Shown here piece by piece: positions 36,748 through 47,700 of a stretch of DNA of 64,000 bases. The translations under genes and the position numbers were made by a program. Origin of the DNA: Scyliorhinus canicula (taxonomy: Eukaryota); contig NC_052149.1 of NCBI RefSeq assembly GCF_902713615.1, positions 126,483,256-126,547,255 of the forward strand, given 5' to 3'. How positions within the stretch are numbered: the stretch's first letter is position 1; the number at the start of each line of letters is the position of its first letter. Below the pieces are notes generated by a model. The model saw only the letters and a program-made list of their open reading frames with translations, had not been told where the DNA came from and ran no database searches.

Positions 36748-37000
36748 CATAGACTTCATAGAATTCATAGAATTTACAGTGCAGGAGGAGGCCATTCAGC
36801 CCATCGAGTCCGCACCGGCCCTTGGAAAGATCACCCCACCCAAGCCCATGCCTCTACCCTATCCTCGTAACCCAGTAACCCCACCTAACCTTTTTGGACA
36901 CTGAGGGCAATTTAGCATGGTCAATCCACCTAACCTGCACATCTTTGGACTGTGGGGGAACCGGAGCACCCAAAGAAAAGCCACACAGACACAGGGAGAA
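36748..37000 (-). mobile_element. SINE 3' part
   Basis: (catagaatt)n tail and body matching 33561-33909. Confidence 0.8.
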
Positions 37001-37118
37001 TATGGGAGAAGCGGGAGGTGGGGAATATGGGTTGGAGAATTGTGATTGTGATGATTTAATCCCAGCAACTTTCAGTCTCTTTTCTGATTTGAATCTTGTA
37101 AACTCAGAGATTTCAGAT

Positions 37119-37386
37119 TGTTATAACCTGCCTGCTTCCCACTGGCTGGGGACTAATGGCAATCCCACAATCCTTTGGGAGTATGAGATTCCCCAATGAG
37201 GGGGTTGGGGCAGAAATCATAAGCAGATTCGCTGCATAAATAAAGCTGGCCAGTTTGGAACCAGCTAGAGAGGAGTGAGCAGCAAGGGAGTTGCTGCTGC
37301 TGTTGTATATATATGTTATTGTAAATAAATGTTATTTCTTTCTATCCTTCAACTCGTTCTGGATTCTTCGTGACCCTCGCAAAACA
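37119..37386 (+). mobile_element. Probable solo LTR just downstream of the kappa polyA site
   Basis: TGTT...AACA termini with TATA-like and AATAAA motifs; only a 3-bp flanking match (GAT), so no clean TSD. Confidence 0.45.
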
Positions 37387-37572
37387 GATAAAACTGATCA
37401 TTTAAAAATGATTGATAATTGTCTTTGAATCCAATCTTCTGCTGATGTGTCATTGATTGACAGGCCAACCAGCCAATCATGATAATCATTTGCTCAAATG
37501 CAGCCAATCAGCTGATAGGGAGGAGGGACATTTCCAAAGCACACACGAGACACATACTGAATATTCTTAATG

Positions 37573-37578
37573 TTTATT
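37573..37578 (-). terminator. Polyadenylation signal of the Ig kappa transcript
   Basis: AATAAA on the minus strand about 500 nt after the C stop, followed by a GT-rich tract (tatgtgtctcgtgtgtgcttt). Confidence 0.65.
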
Positions 37579-38082
37579 ACCTTTTACAGATTTACATTGT
37601 CAGAAAAAAGACTTGAATAAACAGCCCAGTCTGAGGAAGCTGGAGAAATTCACAGGGAAAATATGGAGATTTTCTCAATGACATGAGAATCCTGTCCCTT
37701 TAAACGGTGACTAAACCTTAAATTGTAACTGCAGGGTGAGCAGGAAGGAGGTCTGGTTTCCTGAAGCAGAGATTTCAGGGGTCACGTTATTTTGGTACAG
37801 CTGACAGTCTTCAGCATCTTAGAGAGGTTTTACTTGGCATCACGAGTCTGCACTGTCCCATCAAACATTCCCAGGACAGATGCTGCATGGGATTACATGC
37901 AGAGTAAATATCCCTCTACAATGTCCCAAAAACATGTCTTAACCCCTGACCCTCAGAAGTGTCTCAGACCCAGTCCCGAGAAGGAAGAGATTGTAATTCA
38001 GTGCTGACAATGACCTTTGCCCTCCCAGCTCACCCCTGTTCTATTTAAAGTTGTGTCTCCTCTGTGGACTGTCTCTGACACT

Positions 38083-38411
38083 CTACGCACATTCTGATCT
38101 CCTGATGCTCTTGCTGAGGGCAGAGGAGAGGCTCACGTGGGTGAGGGCACAGGAGAAGCTGGCGTTGGACTCCCAGGCAGAGCCAGAGAGGGTCAGCAGG
38201 CTGCTGACACTGTAGGTGTTGTCCGAAGCTCGCAGGTAGTTGCTGGTCTGAACCCCGTCCGAAATGGCTGCACCATCCTTCTTCCACTCCACCACCACCT
38301 CATCGGGATAGAAGTGATTGGCAAGGCACACCAGGGTGGCAGTGCCCTTAGTCTTGACCTCCTCCGGGGAGGGGGGCAGCAGGGTCAGTGTGGGTTGTGA
38401 ATTCTCACGGC
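38083..38411 (-). CDS. IGKC: Ig kappa light-chain constant exon
   Basis: Acceptor ctctttcag|GC CGT GAG; encodes (S)RENSQPTLTLLPPSPEEVKTKGTATLVCLANHFYPDEVVVEWKKDGAAISDGVQTSNYLRASDNTYSVSSLLTLSGSAWESNASFSCALTHVSLSSALSKSIRRSECA*. C1-set Cys and Trp present, with a penultimate inter-chain Cys; phase matches J; J-C intron 4358 bp. Confidence 0.97.
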
Positions 38412-38529
38412 CTGAAAGAGAAAGGAAGGAATTTTAATTGCTGCCTTAATAAAAGATTTCAATTTCCTTAATATTAATTGGAATCAAATCAGTGTCAATG
38501 TATAGATGATCCGGAATTCTGACAATCCA

Positions 38530-39620
38530 TTCTGAGCAACCTTTCTAACTAGTACAGAACAATCCCAACAAGAGAAGGAGCAGTTTTGGACAGTTTTGTG
38601 GATTGAATCTGGGCAGGTGAAGGGGTGTCAGTGGGAGAGTATTTGGGTAATAGTGATCATAATTCAGTTAGATTTAGAGCAGTAATGGAAAAGGGTAAAG
38701 GCAGACCAAGAGGAAAAGCTTTAAATTGGGGCAAGGCCAATTTTCCGAAACTGGGATTTGCCAAAATGGAAAGTAAACAGCGACTTGATGGTAAAACAGT
38801 GACAGAGCAGGGGGAGGATACTCAAGCTGGAGATAGAGAGATTTCAGAACAAATATGTTCACACAAAGCAAGAGTGAGGGACATTGTGAGAGGATAACTA
38901 ATGAATGAGTGGGATCAATTAGAGAGCAAAATGTAACTTGTGTGTGGAGGTGGAAGGAATGGAGATGGTTCATAATGAATAATTTACATCAGTTTTCACT
39001 AATGCGAGGGGCAAAGCAGACATTGGAGTTCAGGAGGAGGAGAATTGTGAAATATTGGATGTGATAAAGATAGTGCGAGAGGAGATATTAAAGTCTTTAT
39101 CAGCTTTGATGTTGAGTTGCCGGCGTTGGACTGGGGTGAGCACAGTAAGAAGTCTTACACCAGGTTAAAGTCCAACAGGTTTGATTCAAACACGAGCTTT
39201 CGGAGCGCAGCTCCTTCCTCAGGTCAACTTTGAAAGGGGACATACCCCCAGGCCCGGGTGAAATGTATCCCAGGCTGCTAAAGGAAGGAAGGGAAGAAAT
39301 AGCCGAGGCTCTGACCATTATTTTCCAATCCTCTCTGACTACAGGCTTGGTGTCGGAGAACTGGTGGATGATAATGTTGTACCATTGTTTAAAAGGGAGG
39401 AAGAGATAGGCTGAGGGAGCGATTTTGAATTTGATGAGGAGGGAACGAGGAGGGTTGATGACGGGAGTGAGTTTGATGTCGACAACATGGGTTTTCCAAG
39501 GATTTTGCCAAGTTTCCAATGACAGACGGGTTTGGAAATTAAAAGCTGATGGAATCCAAGGGAAAGTGACTAATTGGATTTCAAATTGGTTCAGTGTCAG
39601 GAGGGTAAAGGTTTGATGTT
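38530..39620 (+). mobile_element. Degenerate CR1 fragments in the J-C intron, with a short Penelope-type insert
   Basis: EYLGNSDHNSVRF, ALNWGKANF and gacataccccca ggcccgg remnants; 39119-39225 (gtaagaagtcttacaccaggttaaagtccaacagg...) recalled as a Penelope-associated repeat. Confidence 0.6.
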
Positions 39621-40229
39621 AAGCTGATTAAATCATTTTGGAATGTTACTTAGACATTTGTAAAGAAGTGTCCCATTTAAGAGACTATTAACCTATCAGG
39701 ATGCTCGAACTATTGATCAGTATTTCTGGGGAAACAGGTTGAACATTAACAAACCTCAAATCACACATAGAACCAGAGAAATTTATCCCAGAAATTTGGA
39801 GCAGAAGTGGATCAACACACTTCACAAAGGATACTGATTGGCTGCCAGTGTAGAAGGTTCTAGATTTCACTTCAAACCTTGCTGCCCAGCCCTAGGCTCA
39901 GGTCAAGAGTGAGATTACGATTAGCCTCTGTGTCCAGGGGTCAGAATAATCTATCCTTGCTCCTGTGCGGGAACGTCCGGTTCACCAGCTGCGTGATTAT
40001 TGGCTGCGTGCCATTCACTGGTGGCAGGATTATATCTGTCCTTCGATTGTCAATGGGATTTGCCACAGCAACCACCCCATGCCACTGTGAAATCCGCTGG
40101 CGGTGATGTGGTGCTGGTGGGAAAATTGAATAGCAACACTGGAGAAATCCGGGCCCTATTTCTGGTGGTCTTGTGTCCAGGTCACACACCCCAGACAAGC
40201 TGTTCCAGTTTAGATACATAACTGGCATC

Positions 40230-41960
40230 GACCAGTTACCCAGGTGTGACCTGTCCACAAAAAGCTGGACAAACCCAATCCGGACAATTACTGTCCGTCA
40301 GTCATCTCGCGATCATCAGCAAAATGATTGGGGTTGTTAACGAGTGTTATCAAGCAACACTTACTCAGCAATAACCTGCTCATTGACGCTCAGTTAAGGA
40401 TCTGCCAGGGTCACTCAGCTCCTGACCTCATTACAGCCTTGGTTCCAACATGGACAAAAGAGCTGAACTCCAGAGGTGAGTCCAGAGTTACTGCCCTTTG
40501 ACATCGAGGCAGCATTTGACCAAGTTTGGCATCAAGGAGCCAGAGCAAAACTGGAATCAATGGGAATCAGGGGGAAAACTCTCCGCTGGTTGGAGTCATA
40601 CCCAGCACAAAGGAAGATGGCTGTTGTTTGGGGTTTTAACTCTCCAATCTATATTAATGAGCTGGATGAAGGCAATGAGAGTATTGTAGCTAAATTTGCT
40701 GATGATAAAATGATAGGTAGGAAAGCAAGTTGTGAGGAGGTTACAGAGTCTGAAAAGGGATATTGATAGGTTCAGTGAGTGGGGAGAACATTTGACAGAT
40801 GGAGTATAATGTGGGGAAATGTGAGCTTGTCCACTTTGTTAGGGAGAATAGAAAATCAGAATATTATTGACATGGAGAGAGACTGCAGAAAGCTGTGGTA
40901 CAGAGGGATCTGGGTGTCCTTGTGTATGAATCACAGAACGTTAACCTGCAGGTACAGCAAGTGATGAGGAAGGTCAATGGAATGTTGTCCTTTATTACAA
41001 GGGGGATGGAGTATAAAAGTAGGGAAGTCTTGCTCCATCGATACAGCACATTGGGGAGACTACACCGTGAGTACTGGGGAAAGGTTTGGTCTCATAGAAT
41101 CATAGAATTTACAGTGCAGAAGGAGGCCATTCGGCCCATCGAGAAGCAAGAGCACCCTACATTTTCATTTTTTATTAAATAAATTTAAAATACCCAATTC
41201 ATTTTTTCCAATTAAGAGGCAATTTGGTGTGGCCAATCCACCTACCCTGCACATTTTTGGGTTGTGGGGGCGGAACACACGCAAACACAGGGAGAATGTG
41301 CAACCTCCACACGGACAGTGACCCAGAGCAGGGATCGAACCTGGGATCTAGGGGCCATGAGGCAGCAGTGCTAACCACTGCGCCACCGTGCAGCCTTCGA
41401 AAGAGCACCCTACTTAAGCCCACACCTGCACCCTATCCCTGTAACCCAGCGACCCCATCCAACCCTAAGGGCAATTTAGCATGGCCAATCCACCTAACCT
41501 GCACATCTTTGGAAGTCCTTACTTAAGGACGGATGTTCCGACATTGGAAGCAGTTCAGAGAAGGTTCACTGGGCTGATTCCACTGAGGAATGGAATGTCT
41601 GATGAGGAAAAGTTGAGCTGGTTGGGTCTGTACTCATTGCAGAATGAGAGGTGATCTTATTGAAATATATAAGATTCCGAGGGACCTTGACAGGGTGGAT
41701 GCTGAGAGAATGTTTGCCCTCGTGGGAATCTAGAATTAGTGGATACAGTTTAAAAATAAGGGATCTCCATTTAAGGTGGAGATGAGAAGGAATTTCTTCT
41801 CTCAGAGGGTCGTTAGTTTTTGGAATTCTCTTTCCCAGAGAACAGTGCATGCTGGGACATTGCATATATTCCAGGCTGTGTTCTACAGATTTCTGATTGA
41901 CGGGGGGCAAGGGTTATGGGGACCGACAGGAAAGTGGAGTTTGGGCCATTTTTAAAAGTT
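40230..41960 (+). mobile_element. LINE RT fragments and nested SINEs in the J-C intron
   Basis: DIEAAFDQVWHQG, KFADD, VQRDLGVLV; minus-strand SINEs at ~41093-41515. Confidence 0.75.
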
Positions 41961-42769
41961 AATTTATGAGATGTGTGGGTCTGAAGTGGGAATTTGCCAT
42001 CCTGACCTGGCCTACAAGTGACTCCAGATCCTCAGTAATGTGTTGACTCTGAAATATCCTCTGGAATGGCCGAGCAAGACACTCAGTTCAAGGGCAATTA
42101 GGGATGGGCAATAAATGCTGGCCCAGCCAGAGATCAGACATCACATCAAACAATAAAAATATCTCCAGGGAATTTCAGGAATATTGGATCAGGAATAAAT
42201 ATCGGACTGAACTCGACCCAAAGAGAAAGTAACTGAGAGTCTCCCCAAAAGACTAGAACACTGAAGCCACTGGATTGTGAGCCCTGCTGGACCTGTTTGT
42301 CATCAGAACTTCGCTAAGAGATAAGCAGGGAGTGGAGAGAGCAGAGTTAAAGCTGGGGGAAGTGGGACCTCGGTGTCTCACTGTGTTGCTGCTGCTGCTG
42401 TGATCAGTTATATCAGAGAGTGTGACAGGGAGCCAGAGCTCACATCAAACTCTGCCCGTGTCTGTCACACGCAGACTGACAGGAGTCTAGTGAGTGATTT
42501 CACTCCATGGTCCAGGAATGTGAACACAGTCTGCAAACGTCCAGATCTCCTCCACACGGTGGGTAAAAGCTGCTTACTTATATCTTGCTGCTTAAAGGGG
42601 GGAATGGAACTAAAGAAATACAGCTGGGCACCCTGTTCTACACAGTGTTCTTCAATGAACCTTTTCATTCACTGCAGCTCCCCACTAACACATTCAACTA
42701 TTCAGCATTTGTGTTTGAGAAAGTTTCAGTATTGAAAGGGTTAATAACGGAGGATTGGGGTTTACTTAC

Positions 42770-42804
42770 TCAGTCTGAGCTTGGTTCCTTTACCGAACGT
42801 AAGC
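42770..42804 (-). CDS. IGKJ: Ig kappa J segment
   Basis: G CTT ACG TTC GGT AAA GGA ACC AAG CTC AGA CTG A|GTAAGT = LTFGKGTKLRL; FGxG motif; phase-1 donor. Confidence 0.96.
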
Positions 42805-42843
42805 CACACTGACAGCTTCCAGTGCAGGGGCTGTACAATAACC
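42805..42843 (-). other. J recombination signal sequence, 23-bp spacer
   Basis: Read on the + strand away from the coding end: CACACTG-acagcttccagtgcaggggctgt (23 nt)-ACAATAACC. One mismatch each in heptamer and nonamer; the critical CAC is intact. Confidence 0.93.
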
Positions 42844-43184
42844 TCTGCTCTCTGCTTCACTCACTCACTCTCACCCTCTCTCTCTCTGTCTCTCTCACTC
42901 ACTACTGTCTTTCTCTCTCACTCTTTCTCTCTCTCTGTTTCTCTCAATGTCTCTGTGTTTTGTTGGGAGATTTGAAAAGTCTAATTTTGAATGATAAATC
43001 TTTCAGCTGCTCTTCATACGTGGACATGGAGAATAAAAAACCTGAGGCCTTCAGTGACTGGAGTGTGTAGTGGACAGTGAAAATAACGTGTTCAGGTTCC
43101 TTTCTTGTGTTTATATAAAACTGTTCATATATTATATAAAACTGTGCTTAGTGTCAGGAGAGGAGGTGGTGCTGTGGATACTGA

Positions 43185-43212
43185 GGTTTTTGTAAGGCTC
43201 TGTATCACTGTG
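43185..43212 (-). other. V recombination signal sequence, 12-bp spacer
   Basis: CACAGTG-atacagagcctt-ACAAAAACC: perfect heptamer and nonamer. A V 12-RSS with a J 23-RSS is the kappa-type configuration. Confidence 0.98.
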
Positions 43213-43510
43213 TAGGGCCAGCTGTTACGCTGCTGACAGTAATAATCAGCGACATCCTCATTCTGTACATTGCTGATTGTCAGGGTGAATCGTGTTCCAG
43301 ACCCACTGCCGGTGAATCGGTCGGATATTCCTGTGAATCGAGTTGTTGCATCATAGATCAGCAGAGCCGGTTTCTGACCTTCTCGCTGTTGATACCAAGC
43401 AACATAATTGCTAATCGATTGACTGGCCGTACAGGTGATGGTCGCGGTCTGGCCCAGGCTCAATGACAGCACCGGGGGAGACTGGGTCATGATGATGTCT
43501 CCACTGATAC
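43213..43510 (-). CDS. IGKV: Ig kappa light-chain V exon, germline and unrearranged
   Basis: Acceptor ...cccctcag|GT ATC AGT GGA; encodes (G)[98 protein letters not shown]; both Cys, WYQQ and YYC intact; directly followed by a 12-RSS. Confidence 0.97.
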
Positions 43511-43696
43511 CTGAGGGGTAATAGAGAAACAGAGTGAAGTAAGAACTGTCACAGAAAGAGCCTGTACAATGAGATATTGTTGGAGACACTGACTGTTCCT
43601 CTGCTTTCAGTATTTTCCCTTCAATCACAAGTCAGTAGAATTGGATTGAAATGGAGAGCAGGAAAATATTCAAGGTGGAAGGAGAGAGATTTGTAC

Positions 43697-43745
43697 CTGC
43701 GATGCAGAATGCCAGAGGCCAGATCAGCTGGATGGCTGAAATCAT
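43697..43745 (-). CDS. IGKV: Ig kappa (type III/NS4) light-chain leader exon
   Basis: ATG at 43745; 49 nt encoding MISAIQLIWPLAFCIA plus G; phase-1 donor G|GTACAA at 43696; 186-bp intron to the V acceptor. Confidence 0.93.
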
Positions 43746-43804
43746 GGTGTCTGCTCCTGTCCCTGTGCCTGGTTACTGATAAACTCTCCCTTCACTGGGC
43801 TCTG

Positions 43805-43900
43805 CTTTATAAAGCTGCAGCCTGTGAGAGTCTGACTGCCCGTTCCTCAGTATGTAAATGGTATGAGGCAGAGACACCACGTCACCACCTTCACTTCCTC
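43805..43900 (-). promoter_or_regulatory. V-kappa promoter: TATA, variant octamer, CRE/UPRE-like site, Ets(PU.1) box
   Basis: TATAAA 43806-43811 about 60 bp upstream of the ATG; ATTTACAT 43852-43859 (1 mismatch to light-chain octamer ATTTGCAT, same orientation); TGACGTGG 43877-43884; GAGGAAGTGAA 43890-43900. Confidence 0.7.
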
Positions 43901-44179
43901 TTCTTCTCTCTCACTCCCAACCTCAGTATCAGTCCCTCAGTTTCTGGCGCTCCCCCTCTCTCTGTCTCTCTGTCTTGTTCTTCCTGTCTCACCGTATCTG
44001 CTTGATCTCCCCCTCTCCCTCCCTCCATTGATACCTGTCCCTCAGACTCTCTCTCTGTCTCTCTCTCTTTCACCCTGATTTTATCTACTTCACTTTATTT
44101 CTCTATTCGTTCCTCTGTGTTTTCATCTCCCTCTACCTGAGAGGAGGGAACAATCCATTCACTCTATTAGTCCCCTCAG

Positions 44180-44440
44180 GATATCTTTATTGAAGATCAT
44201 GTCTCGTTCTTCTGAACTTTTATCCCTGTACAGCTGCAGTAAAATGTCCCTTTGATTTTTTTTGTTCCTCTTATAATAAACACCAACATTCCATTTCCCT
44301 TCCTGATCACTTGCTGGATCTGCAGACTAACGTGAGCTGTAGTTGCAGCTTGCCAACGCATAACAAAGCATTTACCCCACTCCCTGATTTCTGTTAACCA
44401 AAAAGTCCTACATCCATATTCAGATATTACACTGTATACC
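44180..44440 (-). mobile_element. CR1 fragment upstream of the V promoter
   Basis: QIQQVIRKGNGMLVFIIRG remnant. Confidence 0.6.
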
Positions 44441-44450
44441 ATGAGATCAT

Positions 44451-44565
44451 GGGCGGGATTCTCCAGCCACGCCCACCCGGTGACCGGACATTCCGCCCAA
44501 GGTCAAAGGACCTTTACATGGTCCGCGTCCCACCCGTGGCGTCATTGCGGCGAAGAATCCAGCCC
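44451..44565. mobile_element. Harbinger-type MITE (115 bp)
   Basis: TIRs GGGCGGGATTCT / AGAATCCAGCCC; 3-bp TSD CAT. Confidence 0.85.
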
Positions 44566-44745
44566 CATATCTTGTGCAGTAACATTTTGTGTGGCACCTG
44601 ACCAAATTCCTTTTGGAATTCCGTGTACATCACATCTACAGCTTCCCCTTTTTCCACCTTCTGACTTCCTCAAAGATGGATTAGCTCAAGCGAGAGCACA
44701 AAACGGCCGAAGATTCGCACCCCAAGTGCCATTCCAGAACTTCCC

Positions 44746-47700
44746 TGACCTCACTGACCTGGTAATTCTGACCTCACTGACCTGTTACCCCTGACCTCAA
44801 TGACCTGCTAATTCTGACCTCACTGACCTGTTACCCCTGACCTCACTGATCTGTTATCCCTACCGCACTGACCTGTTAATTCTCACCTCACTGACCTGTT
44901 AATTCTGACCTCACTGACCTGTTAATTCTGACCTCACTGACCTGCTAATTCCGACCTCACTGACCTGTTAATTCTGACCTCACGGACCTGTTAATTCTGA
45001 CCTCACTGACATGTTAATTTTGACCTCACTGACCTGTTATCCCTGTCCTCACTGACCTGTTGATTCCGACCTCACTGACCTGTTAATTCTGACCTCACGG
45101 ACCTGTTAATTCTGACCTCACTGACATGTTAATTTTGACCTCACTGACCTGTTAATTCTGACCTCACTGACCTTTTAATTCTGACCTCACTGACCTGTTA
45201 ATTCTGACCTCACTGACCTGTTAATTCTGACCTCACTGACCTGTTACCCCTGACCTCACTGATCTGTTATCCCTACCGCACTGACCTGTTAATTCTCACC
45301 TCACTGACCTGTTAATTCTGACCTCACTGACCTGTTATCCCTGACCTCACTGACCTGCTAATTCCGACCTCACTGACCTGTTAATTCTGACCTCACGGAC
45401 CTGTTAATTCTGACCTCACTGACATGTTAATTTTGACCTCACTGACCTGATATCCCTGTCCTCACTGACCTGTTGATTCCGACCTCACTGACCTGTTAAT
45501 TCTGACCTCACGGACCTGTTAATTCTGACCTCACTGACATGTTAATTTTGACCTCACTGACCTGTTAATTCTGACCTCACTGACCTTTTAATTCTGACCT
45601 CACTGACCTGTTAATTCTGACCTCACTGACCTGTTAATTCTGACCTCTCTGACCTGTTAATTCTGACCTCACTGACCTGTTAATTCTGACCTCACTGACC
45701 TGTTAATTCTGACCTCACTGACCTGTTAATTCTGACCTCACTGACCTGTTAATTCTGACCTCACTGACCTGTTAATTCTGACCTCACTGACCTGTTAATT
45801 CTGACCTCACTGACCTGTTAATTCTGACCTCACTGACCTGATAATTCTGATGTCACTGACCTGTTACCCCTGACCTCACTGACCTGTTGATTCTGACCAC
45901 ACTGACCTGTTAATTCTGACCTCACTGACATGTTAATTCTGACCTCACTGACATGTTAATTCTGACCTCACTGACCTGTTAATTCTGACCTCACTGACCT
46001 GTTAATTCTGCCTCACGCACCTGTTACCCCTGCCTCACTGACCTGTTAATTCTGACCTCACTGACATGTTAATTCTGACCTCACTGACCTGTTAATTCTG
46101 ACCTCACTGACCTGTTAATTCTGACCTCACTGACCTGTTATCCCCAACATCACTTATCTGTTAGCCCTGATCTCACTGACCTGTTACCTTTGAACTCACT
46201 GATTTATTGCCCCAAACCTCACTGACCTCTTACCCCTGACCTCACTGACCTGTTAATTTTGACCTCACTGACATGTTAATTTTGGATTAGCTCAAGCGAG
46301 AGCACAACACGGCCGAAGATTCGCACCCCAAGTGCCATTCCAGAACTTCCCTGACCTCACTGACCTGGTAATTCTGACCTCACTGACCTGTTACCCCTGA
46401 CCTCAATGACCTGCTAATTCTGACCTCACTGACCTGTTACCCCTGACCTCACTGATCTGTTATCCCTACCGCACTGACCTGTTAATTCTGACCTCACTGG
46501 CCTGTTAATTCTGACCTCACTGACCTGTTATCCCTGGCCTCACTGACCTGTTAACTCTGACCTCACTGACCTTTTAATTCTGACCTCACGGACCTGTTAA
46601 TTCTGACCTCACTGACATGTTAATTTTGACCTCACTGACCTGTTAATTCTGACCTCACTGACCTGTTATCCCTACCGCACTGACCTGTTAATTCTCACCT
46701 CACTGACCTGTTAATTCTGACCTCACTGACCTGTTATCCCTGACCTCACTGACCTGCTAATTCCGACCTCACTGACCTGTTAATTCTGACCTCACGGACC
46801 TGTTAATTCTGACCTCACTGACATGTTAATTTTGACCTCACTGACCTGATATCCCTGTCCTCACTGACCTGTTGATTCCGACCTCACTGACCTGTTAATT
46901 CTGACCTCACGGACCTGTTAATTCTGACCTCACTGACATGTTAATTTTGACCTCACTGACCTGTTAATTCTGACCTCACTGACTTTTTAATGCTGACCTC
47001 ACTGACCTGTTAATTCTGACCTCACTGACCTGTTAATTCTGACCTCTCTGACCTGTTAATTCTGACCTCACTGACCTGTTAATTCTGACCTCACTGACCT
47101 GTTAATTCTGACCTCACTGACCTGTTAATTCTGACCTCACTGACCTGTTAATTCTGACCTCACTGACCTGTTAATTCTGACCTCACTGACCTGTTAATTC
47201 TGACCTCACTGACCTGTTAATTCTGACCTCACTGACCTGTTAATTCTGATGTCACTGACCTGTTACCCCTGACCTCACTGACCTGTTGATTCTGACCACA
47301 CTGACCTGTTAATTCTGACCTCACTGACATGTTAATTCTGACCTCACTGACATGTTAATTCTGACCTCACTGACCTGTTAATTCTGACCTCACTGACCTG
47401 TTAATTCTGCCTCACGCACCTGTTACCCCTGCCTCACTGACCTGTTAATTCTGACCTCACTGACCTGTTACCGCTGACCTCACTGACCTGTTAATTCTGA
47501 CCTCACTGACCTGTTATCCCCAACATCACTTATCTGTTAGCCCTGATCTCACTGACCTGTTACCTTTGAACTCACTGATTTATTGCCCCAAACCTCACTG
47601 ACCTCTTACCCCTGACCTCACTGACCTGTTAATTTTGACCTCACTGACATGTTAATTTTGGATTAGCTCAAGCGAGAGCACAACACGGCCGAAGATTCGC

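Noticed and set aside
39700-39850. Possible Penelope GIY-YIG C-terminal remnant (RNLEQKWINTLH)
   Set aside because: Too short and degenerate to support without a profile search.
42168-42177. NF-kB-like GGGAATTTCA as an intronic enhancer
   Set aside because: Mismatch at the critical CC end and no neighbouring E-box cluster.
42379-42647. Two perfect RSS heptamers in the J-C intron (42379-42385, 42641-42647), reminiscent of the mammalian intron heptamer used with Kde/RS
   Set aside because: No nonamer at 12 or 23 bp; roughly 0.3 such hits per strand are expected by chance in 4.4 kb; no Kde-like 23-RSS was seen downstream of C.
38412-42769. Additional J or C segments, or a second V
   Set aside because: No further FGxG with RSS, Ig-domain exon or V-RSS was found by eye anywhere in the window.
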